Source: an uncultured Bacteroidales bacterium (GTDB lineage Bacteria; Bacteroidota; Bacteroidia; Bacteroidales; UBA7960). From it: a stretch of DNA of 64,000 nucleotides. Under the pieces are notes generated by a model. That model ran no database searches, was not told where the DNA came from, and saw nothing but the letters and a program-made list of their open reading frames with translations. The stretch is from assembly GCA_964349365.1 (NCBI GenBank), contig CAYGFY010000005.1, positions 22,561 through 86,560 on the forward strand, read 5' to 3'. The position numbers and the translations under genes are program-made. Position 1 is the first letter of the stretch, and each line of letters starts with the position of its first letter. Positions 18,363 through 28,877 of the stretch are shown here, one piece after another.

Positions 18363-18435
<73 letters not shown>

Positions 18436-18802
18436 ATTTTTTGGTTTTGTGGCTGCAAAGATACATGCAAATTTTTAACTTGGGAAAATTTTGAGCAAAA
18501 ATTTTTTCCGTATTCATTTTTTGAGATCAAGCATTTTATTGATGGGCTAGCAGCAAGCATGGCTCGAGGGTTTGGATGTTTTGCGCTCTTGTCGCGAACC
18601 TGTAATCATTACTTTTACGCCTCAAAACAAAATCGGCAAATCAACCCATTTATTCAAAGCTTTTCCACGTTTAACCCTCAAAACATTCTTAAATGTTGTT
18701 AAGAAAACCTAAGGGTCATTAAGAAAAAATAGTTTGGCATGGTTTTTATAACTAATTTTGCCAGCCAAATTATTTAATAACTAACAAAGCAACTATTTTA
18801 CA

Positions 18803-19312
18803 ATGAAGAAGTCATTTTTAATTCCGGTAATCGTGTTTTTGATGGTTGGACTTGCCGTCTCAGCACAACAGCCCAAGTTTGCATTGATTAACTTGAATGA
18901 ACTTATCCAGGTTATGCCAGGCCGACAAGAGGCCCGCACGGTGTTGCAAACCCATGCCCAAACTCTTCAGGCCCAGTTTGAGAAAATGCAAACCGAACTT
19001 CAAAACAAGTACCAGGAGTTCATTGACAACCAAGCAACGTTTTCAGAGCTTATTAGAACTGTTAAGCAACGCGAGCTTGTAAGCCTTCAAAATAACATTC
19101 AAGATTTTGGCGAAAAGGCCCAGGAAGAACTCGGCAGGAAGGAGGTAGAAATCCTTACTCCCATTATTGATTCTGCAAAAAATGCCATCAAGGCAGTAGC
19201 TCAAGAAAATGGTTACGCCTACGTGTTCGACCTCAGTTCCGGAGCTTTGATTCATTTTCCCGAAGGCGATGATATTTTCGAAAAAGTTAAGGCAAAATTA
19301 GGTATTCAATAG
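18803..19312 (+). CDS. OmpH/Skp-family periplasmic chaperone
   Basis: Signal peptide, then a long Q/E/K-rich coiled-coil region and a C-terminal NGYAYVFDLSSG motif typical of OmpH. Confidence 0.8.
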   Translation: MKKSFLIPVIVFLMVGLAVSAQQPKFALINLNELIQVMPGRQEARTVLQTHAQTLQAQFEKMQTELQNKYQEFIDNQATFSELIRTVKQRELVSLQNNIQDFGEKAQEELGRKEVEILTPIIDSAKNAIKAVAQENGYAYVFDLSSGALIHFPEGDDIFEKVKAKLGIQ

Positions 19313-19325
19313 CAAAATGCCACTA

Positions 19326-19356
19326 ACAAAAAAACCGCCCGAGGGCGGTTTTTTTG
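19326..19356. terminator. bidirectional rho-independent terminator (ompH / lepA, convergent)
   Basis: acAAAAAAACCGCCCgagGGCGGTTTTTTTgt: a GC stem flanked by an A-run and a T-run. Confidence 0.85.
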
Positions 19357-21147
19357 TTAGTCATCGAGCTTGAGCACTGCCATAAAGGCTTGCTGCGGCA
19401 CTTCAACGTTTCCAACTTGCCTCATTCTCTTTTTACCCTTCTTTTGCTTTTCTAGTAGTTTGCGCTTACGGGTAATGTCGCCACCATAACATTTTGCCGT
19501 AACGTCCTTTCGAAGTGCCTTCACTGTTTCGCGGGCAATTACCTTTGAGCCTATGCCAGCTTGAATTGCTATGTCGAATTGCTGCCTTGGTATCAATTGC
19601 CGCAACTTTTCGCAAATTCTCTTTCCGAAATTATAGGAGTTTTCGCGGTGAATGAGTGCTGACAGGGCATCAACGTGTTCGCCGTTCAACAAAATATCAA
19701 GTTTAACCAGATCTGATTGTTTGTAATCACTTGGGTGGTAATCAAATGAAGCATACCCTCTCGAAATGGTTTTTAACCTATCGTAAAAATCGAAAACTAT
19801 CTCGGCCAAGGGCATCTCGAAGGTCATTTCAACCCTATCGGTTGTAAGGTAAACCTGATTCAAAATTCGTCCGCGCTTGTCGAGGCAAAGAGACATGATA
19901 ACTCCAATATACTCCGACTTGGTTATAATCTGTGCCTTTATGTATGGCTCTTCGATGTAGTCGAGTACGTTTGGCCCGGGCAGATCGCTGGGATTGTTTA
20001 CAACCTTTTTTTCACCCTTGGTTGTGTAAGCCAAGTACGAAACGTTGGGTACGGTGGTAATAACGGTCATGTCAAACTCTCTCTCGAGGCGTTCCTGCAC
20101 AATTTCCATGTGCAACATTCCCAAGAAACCACACCTGAAACCAAAACCCAAAGCCGCCGATGATTCGGGCTCGTAAGTTAGCGAGGCATCGTTTAGTTGT
20201 AGTTTTTCCATTGACGACCTCAGCTCCTCAAAGTCGTCGTTCTCAACAGGATAAATACCGGCGAAAACCATTGGCTTAACATCTTCGAAGCCCTTTATTG
20301 CCTCGGGTGCTGGCCTCTTAACGTGGGTTATGGTGTCGCCAACCTTAACCTCGCGGGCATCCTTGATGCCAGAAATTATGTATCCAACATCGCCTGCCGA
20401 TATTTCGGGCTTTGAAATTTGCGAAAGGCGCAGAACACCAATCTCGTCGGCAAGGTATTCGTGCTTGGTGTTCATGAATTTTACGTGCTCGCCGGTTCTT
20501 AGCGTGCCGTTGTAAACCCTGAAATATGCAATTACGCCCCTGAACGAGTTGTAAACCGAGTCAAAAATCAACGCCTCAAGCGGCTTTTCCGGGTCGCCCT
20601 CCGGGGGCGGAATCTTTTCAATTATGGCCTCCAGTATTTGGTCAACCCCGAATCCAGTCTTGCCGCTGGCCGGAATTATTTCATCGTAGTTGCAGCCGAT
20701 AAGATCTACAATTTGATCGGAAACATCTTCGGGCATTGCACCGGGGAGATCCATTTTGTTGAGCACCGGAATAATCACCAAATCGTGTTCGAGAGCAAGG
20801 TAAAGGTTGGAAATGGTTTGGGCCTCAATGCCCTGTGAGGCGTCAACAATAAGCAGGGCTCCCTCGCAGGCAGCAATTGAACGCGAAACCTCGTAGCTGA
20901 AATCCACATGTCCGGGCGTGTCAATAAGGTTGAGCTTGTATCTCTCACCATTAAGCTCGTAGTCCATCTGAACCGCATGACTCTTGATGGTGATACCCCT
21001 TTCGCGCTCCAGGTCCATGTTGTCCAAAAGTTGATCCTTGAACTCCCTGTCGCTTATAGTGTTGGTGGTTTGCAACAACCTGTCTGCCAACGTGCTCTTG
21101 CCATGGTCAATATGGGCTATTATGCAAAAATTCCGTATGTTCTTCAT
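19357..21147 (-). CDS. lepA: translation elongation factor 4
   Basis: [28 protein letters not shown] and NKMDLP, plus the LepA-specific C-terminal domain (...[32 protein letters not shown]). ATG at 21147 (MKNIRNF) is preferred. Confidence 0.95.
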   Translation of the reverse strand: MKNIRNFCIIAHIDHGKSTLADRLLQTTNTISDREFKDQLLDNMDLERERGITIKSHAVQMDYELNGERYKLNLIDTPGHVDFSYEVSRSIAACEGALLIVDASQGIEAQTISNLYLALEHDLVIIPVLNKMDLPGAMPEDVSDQIVDLIGCNYDEIIPASGKTGFGVDQILEAIIEKIPPPEGDPEKPLEALIFDSVYNSFRGVIAYFRVYNGTLRTGEHVKFMNTKHEYLADEIGVLRLSQISKPEISAGDVGYIISGIKDAREVKVGDTITHVKRPAPEAIKGFEDVKPMVFAGIYPVENDDFEELRSSMEKLQLNDASLTYEPESSAALGFGFRCGFLGMLHMEIVQERLEREFDMTVITTVPNVSYLAYTTKGEKKVVNNPSDLPGPNVLDYIEEPYIKAQIITKSEYIGVIMSLCLDKRGRILNQVYLTTDRVEMTFEMPLAEIVFDFYDRLKTISRGYASFDYHPSDYKQSDLVKLDILLNGEHVDALSALIHRENSYNFGKRICEKLRQLIPRQQFDIAIQAGIGSKVIARETVKALRKDVTAKCYGGDITRKRKLLEKQKKGKKRMRQVGNVEVPQQAFMAVLKLDD

Positions 21148-21417
21148 TAAGATTAATTTCGTAATCGTTTTGAAAATGCCAGACAACCATGGCCAAAAAA
21201 AATCCAAAGAAAAAGTATTGAAAAAAATTTTTCGATTTTGGCGACATTTCGTTTATAGGGCAAAAGACTGCATTTTTCAAACCACAAAAATACAACTAAA
21301 AAACCATATTTTATTAGTACTTTTGAAATTGGTTTCCAAACGAAATAAAAGCCTCGTTTTTTCGTATTTCAATCTAGTGCTTTTGTTGTTTTGGGGCATT
21401 TTACAACCTTATTTTAT

Positions 21418-23487
21418 ATGTATCATTTGAATCAACTCTTATCCGTCGCCTTTGTTTTTGTTGCCATCATAGCCCAAGGGCAAGTTTATCCAATAAGCAA
21501 CCACTCGGGACAAACACTTAGCACCTGTACGGGTACCTTTACCGATAGTGGTGGGAGCTTTCAGTTGCCTTACCAGCCTAACGAAAATTATTCCGTTTCC
21601 TTTTGCAGCAACAACCAGGGCAAACCGGTGGTGGTTTTGCATTTCGAGAAATTTCAGCTTGGTGCAGGAGATGTTCTGCGGGTTTTCGATGGTGACAACC
21701 CTTTTGCGCCTCTTCTTTGGGAAGCCACTGGCTCCCAACTTCAGGGCAAGAGTATTTATGCATCAACCGGCTGCTTGCACTTTGTTTTCATTTCGTCACC
21801 ATCAGAGCAAGGGTTTGGCTGGGAAACCCAAATTAGCTGCCAGTCCATTTGCGAAACCTTTAGGGTTGACATTCAGCCGCAAGGTGGAAAGTTTGATTTC
21901 TGTCCAGGTGTGGGCAACGTGTTTTTCACTGCTACTGCCTATTACCTTGCTCAAAACATACAGTTTGCGCCACCAAACGACACCTTTTCCTGGAACATTA
22001 GTGGCACCAATTATCAAGGTAGGAATCAAACCCATTCGTTTACCGAAACTGGCATTTACCCCGTAAGAGTATCGGTTACAGACCCTGTTTTCAATTGCAC
22101 CGCGCAGTCTGATAGATTTGTAAGGCTTGGTACCGTGCCCAATTTCAAAGGCACGAGGCCTTTGGTTAACGAAGTTTGCGTCAAGGAGCCATTCGTCCTT
22201 TCAGGAAGGGCAAACCCTACCATCTTGACATCTTTCCCGTCATCTCATCAAGGATTGCAGGCAATTCCTGATGGAAACGGATTGGTTTACCAATCGGGCA
22301 TAACCTTTAATGGGTTTGATACGGGAGCCACAATTACTCCCTCCGCCGGTATTAGCAAGGTTTGCGTAGACATGGAGCATGCAAGGCACGGGCAGGTACA
22401 GATTCAGCTCGAATGCCCTCAAGGAAACAGGACCATGCTCAAGAACTTTAGCACGGCCCAGGCCAATCTAGGCGAACCCGTGGTTTGGAATAACATCACA
22501 CCTGGGCTGCCTTATCGTTATTGCTTTACCAACGATGCTCCCAGAACCATAAACACAACTACCCCCTCGTTTCACTCATACGTTGACCAAGCCGGAAACT
22601 TTTACGCCAACGCCGCGTTCATACCTGAAGGAAACTACAGGCCCGACCAAGCGTTCCAAAACCTTCAAGGCTGCCAGCTCAATGGTGAGTGGAAACTTAT
22701 AATTACCGATAACCTTCCCGGCAATAACGGTTTCGTTTTCGGATGGAGAATGTACTTTGACGAGGCCCTTTACCCCCCGGGACAAATCAACTACCCGCGA
22801 GTTGTTGATAGAAGATGGTTTAGTGGAACAACCCAATTGCAAGGAAACCCCGCAACACATTCGGTAGCCCAACAAGGCAACCACAATTTCAGGTTTGTTA
22901 CCACCGATAGTTACGGATGCTCTTACGATACCATTGTTTCCATTTTTGCAAGGAAACTTCCCGAGGCCGAGTTCATACTTCCCACCGGAAGGGAACTCCC
23001 GGTTTGTCGTGGCGATTCAATTTTGCTTACACTCGCGCCAATCAATATTGTAAATCCAAACTGGTCGTACCAATGGGTTGTGGGTGCAACGCCTATACCC
23101 GGAGAAACTACCCCGACGAAAATGGCAAAAACTCCGGGTACATATAGAATAAGGGTAACTGACAATGTTACTGGTTGCATTGGGTTTTTCGAAATTGTTG
23201 TAACCGACCAAGATTGCCAACTCGAAATACCAAACGTCTTCACCCCCGATGGTAACGGTATCAATGACCGCTTTGAAATACGAAACTTGGAACACTTCAA
23301 GGGATCAATAGTCATTTACAACCGATGGGGAAGGGTTGTTTACGAGCACCCAGACTATTACAACAATTGGTGGGACGGTAAAGGAGCCCCAGATGGCACC
23401 TACTTTTACGTGCTCACTTACGACCGAGATGGCAAGGTGGAGCGAGTCAATGGATCCGTAACGATTATCAGGGCTAACCAAAACTAG
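21418..23487 (+). CDS. large secreted protein: CUB-like, PKD, proprotein-convertase P-domain, Ig-like, then T9SS type-B (gliding-motility-associated) C-terminal domain
   Basis: The C-terminus IPNVFTPDGNGINDRFEI....IYNRWGRVVYE...WDGK...DGTYFYVL matches the type-B CTD. GEWKLIITDNLPGNNGFVFGWRMYF is P-domain-like. ATG at 21418 gives a signal peptide. Confidence 0.8.
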   Translation: MYHLNQLLSVAFVFVAIIAQGQVYPISNHSGQTLSTCTGTFTDSGGSFQLPYQPNENYSVSFCSNNQGKPVVVLHFEKFQLGAGDVLRVFDGDNPFAPLLWEATGSQLQGKSIYASTGCLHFVFISSPSEQGFGWETQISCQSICETFRVDIQPQGGKFDFCPGVGNVFFTATAYYLAQNIQFAPPNDTFSWNISGTNYQGRNQTHSFTETGIYPVRVSVTDPVFNCTAQSDRFVRLGTVPNFKGTRPLVNEVCVKEPFVLSGRANPTILTSFPSSHQGLQAIPDGNGLVYQSGITFNGFDTGATITPSAGISKVCVDMEHARHGQVQIQLECPQGNRTMLKNFSTAQANLGEPVVWNNITPGLPYRYCFTNDAPRTINTTTPSFHSYVDQAGNFYANAAFIPEGNYRPDQAFQNLQGCQLNGEWKLIITDNLPGNNGFVFGWRMYFDEALYPPGQINYPRVVDRRWFSGTTQLQGNPATHSVAQQGNHNFRFVTTDSYGCSYDTIVSIFARKLPEAEFILPTGRELPVCRGDSILLTLAPINIVNPNWSYQWVVGATPIPGETTPTKMAKTPGTYRIRVTDNVTGCIGFFEIVVTDQDCQLEIPNVFTPDGNGINDRFEIRNLEHFKGSIVIYNRWGRVVYEHPDYYNNWWDGKGAPDGTYFYVLTYDRDGKVERVNGSVTIIRANQN

Positions 23488-23507
23488 CCCAAGTTCTTTT
23501 TAAAAAT

Positions 23508-25724
23508 ATGGCTCCCGTAAACAATAGCACCGAGTACAGAACAATAGTGCGCCAACTGCATTCGCAACAGTTGATTGACGCAATTGAAAACTTGAGGCTT
23601 CTGGTAAAAAAATCAAGCAAGGAATACTTTTTAGACAGGGTCGAAAACCTCGAACTCACGTACAAGAATTTTCTAAAACACACATTTTCGGAAATTAAAG
23701 ACCCCGAACGCGAAAAGGTTTACGTGTACTTGGTCAAAAACTTACTCGAATTGGCCGACGAGCTTAACGAAACCATTCTTACCCAAGGCCAGGCAAGCGC
23801 AACCTACAGGCTTAAAAGCGATTTGGCTCGATTGCCCCGTTTGGAAAAGGCCGATGTGCCAGCCATTATTGGAAACCTTACCTTTGATGAAAAGCTCACC
23901 AAAACCCTCGAAGAACTAAACCTTGCCCCAAGCAAGGAAGCAAACGACCGCCAACGCACCCTTGTAAGGGTTTTCAGAATAATTTGGCTAACCGATAAGT
24001 TTGGCGATGCCGAAAACGAGCTCCTCCAAACCATTTGCGAATCCAAAGTTCTGCCCTGGCATGACAAGGCCTTGTTCGTGAGCGCCCTAACAATAGGATT
24101 GCTTAGGTATTTTGACCTTAATAAGTTTACTGCCCTGTTCAACTTCGTGGAGGCACGCCAAGAAACGGTCTGGCAAAGAGCCATCATTGGGTTGTTCGTG
24201 GCATTCTTGAAATACAACGAACGCGCTTACCTGTACCCAACTCTTCATCAAAACATAAAAAAGCTTGCCCGGGCCAACGATGTTGAGCGAAATATCGAAG
24301 CCATTTCCATTCAGTTTATTAAGGCCAAGGAAACAGATGCAATCAAGCACAGATGGGAAGAAGAGGTGGTGCCCGAAATGATGAAAATGCAACCTCGCAT
24401 AGAGGAAAAACTCAAGCTCGACGAAATCTTCAAGGATGAATTTGGCGAGGAAAAAAACCCCGACTGGGAAACAGTTTTCGAAGACTCGCCCGGACTCCTT
24501 GACAAGCTCGCCGAGTTTACTGAAATGCAAATGGAGGGTATGGATGTTTTCATTAGCGCGTTTGGCAAGTTGAAGAATTTTCCCTTTTTTGACGAAATCA
24601 GCAATTGGTTGGTTCCGTTTTATATAGAGAACGAGTCCATTGCATTCCTTCGCCCAATACAGCCTGGTCAAACTGACATGACACCCCTTGTCGAGAAATT
24701 GGAGAAAACATTCTTCATGTGCAACGGCGACAAGTATTCATTCTGCCTTAACCTGTCAATGGTGCCCGAAAACCAAAAGGCAATGATGATGAATATGATG
24801 AAAAACGAAATTGCCAATTTTGAAGAAGTAGAAGGAAACGAAAAGATGCTCGACAACCTCGTGGCCACCAAAAAAATCTACACTCAATATTTTCAGGATT
24901 TATACCGGTTTTTCAAGCTCCACCCTTGGCGCAATGAATTTGATGATTTTTTTTCGTTGGATTTAGACCTATACGAAAATGCTTTTACAAAGCACCTTAT
25001 TTCTGACCCAAAGGTAATAAGGAACATCGGGGAGTTGTTTTTCGTCAAGAAGTTTTACTCTAACGCTCTTCAAGTATTCTTGTCGGTTTTGGAAAACGAG
25101 AAAAGCAACATCGAGCTGTTCGAGAAGGTGGCCTTTTGTTACGAGAAAACTGGCAACCTGCATAAGGCTTTCGACTTTTACCTCAAAGCCGACTTGATTG
25201 AATCAGACCGCCCCTGGATTTTGCGCAAGCTGGCATTTTGTTGCAAGTACCTAAACAAGTGGGAAGAGGCATTGAAGTATTTCAGGGCCGTGGAAAAGTT
25301 GGAGCCCGATGACTTGAAGGTTCAGGCCAATATTGGCCAGTGCTTGGTACACGTGGAAGATTACCAGCAAGCCTTAGACTATTACTTCAAGATTGAGGTG
25401 CTGGCCCCTGAAAACCAGCAAATTCGCCGCCCGTTAGCCTGGTGCTCTTTTGTTCTGGGAAAGTTTGATGTTGCAAAGGATTACCTCAACAGGTTGATGG
25501 CCTCCGAACTCAATAACCCTCACGACCTGATTAACCTTGGACATGTGTACTGGTGCACTGGTAAGCCCATCAAAGCCCTTGAATTGTACAAGAAAAGCCT
25601 CAACAACCTCAAAGATTTCAACCTTTTTAAAGAATCATTCACGGCAGATAGGCCCCATCTTTTCAAACACGGTGTGTCTGAAAGAGAAATGAATCTAATG
25701 CTCGATTTTGTTAGAATTGACTAA
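23508..25724 (+). CDS. tetratricopeptide-repeat protein with a long N-terminal region I cannot assign
   Basis: Uninterrupted 738-aa ORF. The C-terminal roughly 230 aa show TPR periodicity (ALKYFRAVEKLEPDD, ALDYYFKIEVLAPEN, ALELYKKSL). Confidence 0.7.
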   Translation: MAPVNNSTEYRTIVRQLHSQQLIDAIENLRLLVKKSSKEYFLDRVENLELTYKNFLKHTFSEIKDPEREKVYVYLVKNLLELADELNETILTQGQASATYRLKSDLARLPRLEKADVPAIIGNLTFDEKLTKTLEELNLAPSKEANDRQRTLVRVFRIIWLTDKFGDAENELLQTICESKVLPWHDKALFVSALTIGLLRYFDLNKFTALFNFVEARQETVWQRAIIGLFVAFLKYNERAYLYPTLHQNIKKLARANDVERNIEAISIQFIKAKETDAIKHRWEEEVVPEMMKMQPRIEEKLKLDEIFKDEFGEEKNPDWETVFEDSPGLLDKLAEFTEMQMEGMDVFISAFGKLKNFPFFDEISNWLVPFYIENESIAFLRPIQPGQTDMTPLVEKLEKTFFMCNGDKYSFCLNLSMVPENQKAMMMNMMKNEIANFEEVEGNEKMLDNLVATKKIYTQYFQDLYRFFKLHPWRNEFDDFFSLDLDLYENAFTKHLISDPKVIRNIGELFFVKKFYSNALQVFLSVLENEKSNIELFEKVAFCYEKTGNLHKAFDFYLKADLIESDRPWILRKLAFCCKYLNKWEEALKYFRAVEKLEPDDLKVQANIGQCLVHVEDYQQALDYYFKIEVLAPENQQIRRPLAWCSFVLGKFDVAKDYLNRLMASELNNPHDLINLGHVYWCTGKPIKALELYKKSLNNLKDFNLFKESFTADRPHLFKHGVSEREMNLMLDFVRID

Positions 25725-26045
25725 ATCCTTAAATTTGGACTTACCAATTCATGCTATTGTGTGAGGTGAAATGAGATTATTTTTGAAAAACCGATTCTCT
25801 TTCTTTCAGGGCATTTTTATTTTAATTGGAATTTGTTAAATATTTGGCACAAAATTTGATGGTATAGAACCCGTGTCTTGGAATTGTAAATCGAGGGTTG
25901 CTGTGCATTTCTTTGTTGTTAACATTGCGCAGATTTTCAGGCGATGTACTCTGCCAAACAAGAAAAACCATATTATTAAAACTAAACAGGCGATGCCGAA
26001 AACCTGAGGCAAACGAGTAGGCGATAAACTTAACAATTGAAAAAA

Positions 26046-26921
26046 ATGAGCAGGAAAATTAATTTTCTGATGGTGTTGGGAGTCTCGTTACTCCTTTTGG
26101 GTTCGTGTGTTCCAAAGAAGAAGTTTATTGAAATGGAGAAAAGTTACCTTAGGGCCGATGAGGCTTTGGCTAGGGCAACCCTCGAACTGAACCGGTGTCA
26201 AACAGATCTCAACCGTAGTCAAGAAGCACTTACGGGAAAAGAAAGGTTAACCGCGCGTGATGAAGCTGAGATTAAAGCCCTACGCGACCAAAACAGGGAG
26301 CTTATTAATCGCATTGGCGATTTAACCCAAATGTCGAGGCAAGAAGCACAAAACATGCAATTTACTCTCCAAAGCATGAGAGAAAGGGACATAAAAATCA
26401 ATAGCCTCAGGGAAGCCTTAACCAGAAGGGACTCGATAAACTTTGCCCTGGTTAATAGCCTCAAGGGTGTTATTGGCCTCGATGATCCAGATATTGAGAT
26501 TAATGTAGAGAAAGGTGTTGTTTTCATTTCAATTTCTGATAAGTTCTTGTTTGCTACTGGAAGGTGGGAGGTAATGCCAAGGGCCAGGGAAGTTCTAGGA
26601 AGGGTTGCTCGCGTAATCAACAACCAACCACACCTCGAAGTTATGGTTGAAGGACACACCGACAACGTACCTTTCCGCAGGGGCGACCTACTTGACAACT
26701 GGGATTTGAGCGTTAAGCGTGCAACATCTATTGTTAGAATACTGCAAGAAAACCACAGGGTAGCTCCAAACAGAATGATCGCAGCTGGTAGGGGCGAATA
26801 CGTGCCAGTCGACACCAACCTTACTCCAACCGGAAGAGCAGCCAACCGCAGGACTCGCATTATCATACTGCCAAAACTCGAAGAGTTTGTTGATATGATT
26901 AAAAAGGGTCTTGGAGAATAA
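26046..26921 (+). CDS. OmpA/MotB-domain lipoprotein with coiled-coil N-terminal half
   Basis: Lipobox LLLLGSC. C-terminal OmpA-like motifs VEGHTDNVP, NWDLSVKRA and NRRTRIIILP. Confidence 0.85.
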   Translation: MSRKINFLMVLGVSLLLLGSCVPKKKFIEMEKSYLRADEALARATLELNRCQTDLNRSQEALTGKERLTARDEAEIKALRDQNRELINRIGDLTQMSRQEAQNMQFTLQSMRERDIKINSLREALTRRDSINFALVNSLKGVIGLDDPDIEINVEKGVVFISISDKFLFATGRWEVMPRAREVLGRVARVINNQPHLEVMVEGHTDNVPFRRGDLLDNWDLSVKRATSIVRILQENHRVAPNRMIAAGRGEYVPVDTNLTPTGRAANRRTRIIILPKLEEFVDMIKKGLGE

Positions 26922-26935
26922 CAAAAACAATCTTG

Positions 26936-26974
26936 CAAAAAAGCGAGGCAAATTTGCTTCGCTTTTTTTTTTTT
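26936..26974. terminator. bidirectional terminator (ompA-like / GH13, convergent)
   Basis: aaaaaAGCGAGGCAaatTTGCTTCGCTttttttttttt: an imperfect 10-bp stem plus a T11 run. Confidence 0.7.
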
Positions 26975-26979
26975 GAGCA

Positions 26980-28365
26980 TTACTTCTCGAAAATTTTGTA
27001 AGCCCAAGGCTCAAGGCTCATTTTAGTATCTTTGACAAATGACTTTGTGCTTCCTGAAAACACCTCCGTATATGAACCCAGGTGCATGTTGCCTTTGAAA
27101 TAAATCTCAAGCTGTTGTCCCGAAAGGTTCAACACAACAAAAACCTTGTCGTTGTCTTTTTCTCTTACAAAAGAAAAAACAAACATGTCGTGGTTTGTGT
27201 TAACCCTTTCGATAGGACCGCCAGAGAGGCCGTTCCACAACGCCTTGTTGCGTCTTTTCAAAGAAAGCAGGTTCTTGTAAAACTCGTGATACTTCAAGTT
27301 GTTCCAATCTATCTGGTCTTTTTCGAAAAACTTCAACATTCGGTCAAACCCTGCTTCCTGGCCGCTGTAAATCAAAATCGTTCCCGGGATCGTGGCCGTG
27401 AAAACGGCAAAAGCCTCCACTGCTTCACCTAAACGGGTAAACTCAGTTCCAGCCCAGGAGTTCTCGTCGTGGTTAGTAATAAAATGCATTTTGAATGATC
27501 CCAGAGGAAAGTTTCCGGCATTGTCAATAAAAAAGTATTGGTCAAGAGCAGAAACGTCTTCCCTGCCGGCTGCTATAGAGTTCATTAGGTGGTGCATTCT
27601 CCAACCGTAGCCAGCCTCGAAGTCGTGAAGGTGCAATTCGGGGGTTTCAGCTTCGGCGAGCATGAAAATTGGCCTTGTTGCCCTAAGTTCGCTAATGGCT
27701 TTATTCCAAAATTCAGTTGGTACCATGTAGGCAACATCGCACCTGAAACCATCAATTCCAATCTCTTCAACCCAAAACCTCATTTCGCCAATCATTGCAT
27801 CCCACAGTTCTTTGTTTTCAAAGTTAAGGTCAATTACATCAGACCAATCGGCAACAGGTGGTAAAAAGTTACCCTTTTCATCACGGGTGTAAAATTCGGG
27901 GTTTGATAGGGTCCAAGGATGATCCCAGGCTGTATGGTTTGCAACCCAGTCGAGCATTACGTACATTCCCCTGGAATGGATTTCGGCAACCAATTTTTTA
28001 AAATCGTCAATGGTGCCAAATTCGGGGTTTATTCCCGTGTAGTCCTTTATTGAATAATAGCTTCCCAGCGAACCCTTTCGGTTTAACTCACCAATGGGCG
28101 AAATAGGCATGAACCACAAGATGTCAACTCCCATTTCCTTGAGCCTGTCAAGGTGCTCGGCAAATGCTGCAAATGTTCCCTCCGGGGTGTATTGCCTAAC
28201 GTTTACCTCGTAAATGTTGGCATTTTTGCTCCACTCTGGGTGGTTAACCGTGGTGGTGGGCAAGCTATGGCCGGTTGTATTTGCTTGTTTGCTTCCGCAT
28301 GACGATGCAATTAAGCCCAAGATCACAAATAAAGCCAGAATCAAGTTCAATTTGTTAGTTTGCAT
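26980..28365 (-). CDS. GH13 alpha-amylase family lipoprotein
   Basis: Lipobox LIASSCGS. GH13 conserved regions DWVANH, GIDGFRCDVAYMVP, FMLAEAET and HFITNHDEN. Confidence 0.85.
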   Translation of the reverse strand: MQTNKLNLILALFVILGLIASSCGSKQANTTGHSLPTTTVNHPEWSKNANIYEVNVRQYTPEGTFAAFAEHLDRLKEMGVDILWFMPISPIGELNRKGSLGSYYSIKDYTGINPEFGTIDDFKKLVAEIHSRGMYVMLDWVANHTAWDHPWTLSNPEFYTRDEKGNFLPPVADWSDVIDLNFENKELWDAMIGEMRFWVEEIGIDGFRCDVAYMVPTEFWNKAISELRATRPIFMLAEAETPELHLHDFEAGYGWRMHHLMNSIAAGREDVSALDQYFFIDNAGNFPLGSFKMHFITNHDENSWAGTEFTRLGEAVEAFAVFTATIPGTILIYSGQEAGFDRMLKFFEKDQIDWNNLKYHEFYKNLLSLKRRNKALWNGLSGGPIERVNTNHDMFVFSFVREKDNDKVFVVLNLSGQQLEIYFKGNMHLGSYTEVFSGSTKSFVKDTKMSLEPWAYKIFEK

Positions 28366-28377
28366 TTTCTTTTTGGT

Positions 28378-28857
28378 TTAGATTAGATAATTAGGACGAA
28401 TTTTCCTGTTAATGTAATAGTCTAAATTCATCGGGGTAATGTTGTATTCTTGATCAAACAAAAGCGACGAAATTAGGAAGTCGGCCGTTGACCTGTTGCA
28501 CGCGGTTGGTATGTTATAAAGCACCGTGATACGCAAAAGCGCCTTAACATCAACGTCATGGGCTTGAGGTTGCATCGGGTCCCAGAAGAAAACCATCATG
28601 TTAATTTTTCCCTCTGCTATCAAGGCTCCCAACTGCTGGTCGCCTCCAAGGGGGCCCGATTTTAGTTTGGTAATGGTTATGGATTCTTCCAATTGGCGGG
28701 TTTCTGAGTTTTTCAGGGCTTCCTCCACTAGCATACCAGTTGTTCCGGTGCAAAACAAATCCATGTTCTTAAAAGACTGACGATTGTATTTTAGCCAATC
28801 AATCAAATCTTGTTTTCGGTTGTCATGTGCAACAAGCGCTATTCTCTTTCTGGTCAT
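28378..28857 (-). CDS. mgsA: methylglyoxal synthase
   Basis: IALVAHDNRKQDL, CTGTTG, GPLGGDQQLGALI and FFWDP...AHDVDVKALLRI..YNIP.ACN. Confidence 0.9.
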   Translation of the reverse strand: MTRKRIALVAHDNRKQDLIDWLKYNRQSFKNMDLFCTGTTGMLVEEALKNSETRQLEESITITKLKSGPLGGDQQLGALIAEGKINMMVFFWDPMQPQAHDVDVKALLRITVLYNIPTACNRSTADFLISSLLFDQEYNITPMNLDYYINRKIRPNYLI

Positions 28858-28877
28858 TTTTTCAAATCCAATTAAAA

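Noticed and set aside
18733-18760. TTTG (18733) plus TAATTTTG (18753) as a promoter for the ompH-like gene
   Set aside because: The spacer is only 16 nt, shorter than the roughly 19-21 nt expected for Bacteroidota -33/-7 promoters, so it is not reported as a feature.
24087-24671. 194-aa minus-strand ORF inside the TPR-protein gene
   Set aside because: It is antisense to a 738-aa uninterrupted ORF with clear TPR repeats and has no motifs of its own.
26219-27007. 262-aa minus-strand ORF antisense to the OmpA-family gene
   Set aside because: It has Ser/Leu/Arg-rich low-complexity composition and lies entirely within or overlapping a well-supported plus-strand gene and its terminator. There are no recognisable motifs, so it is a typical antisense shadow ORF.
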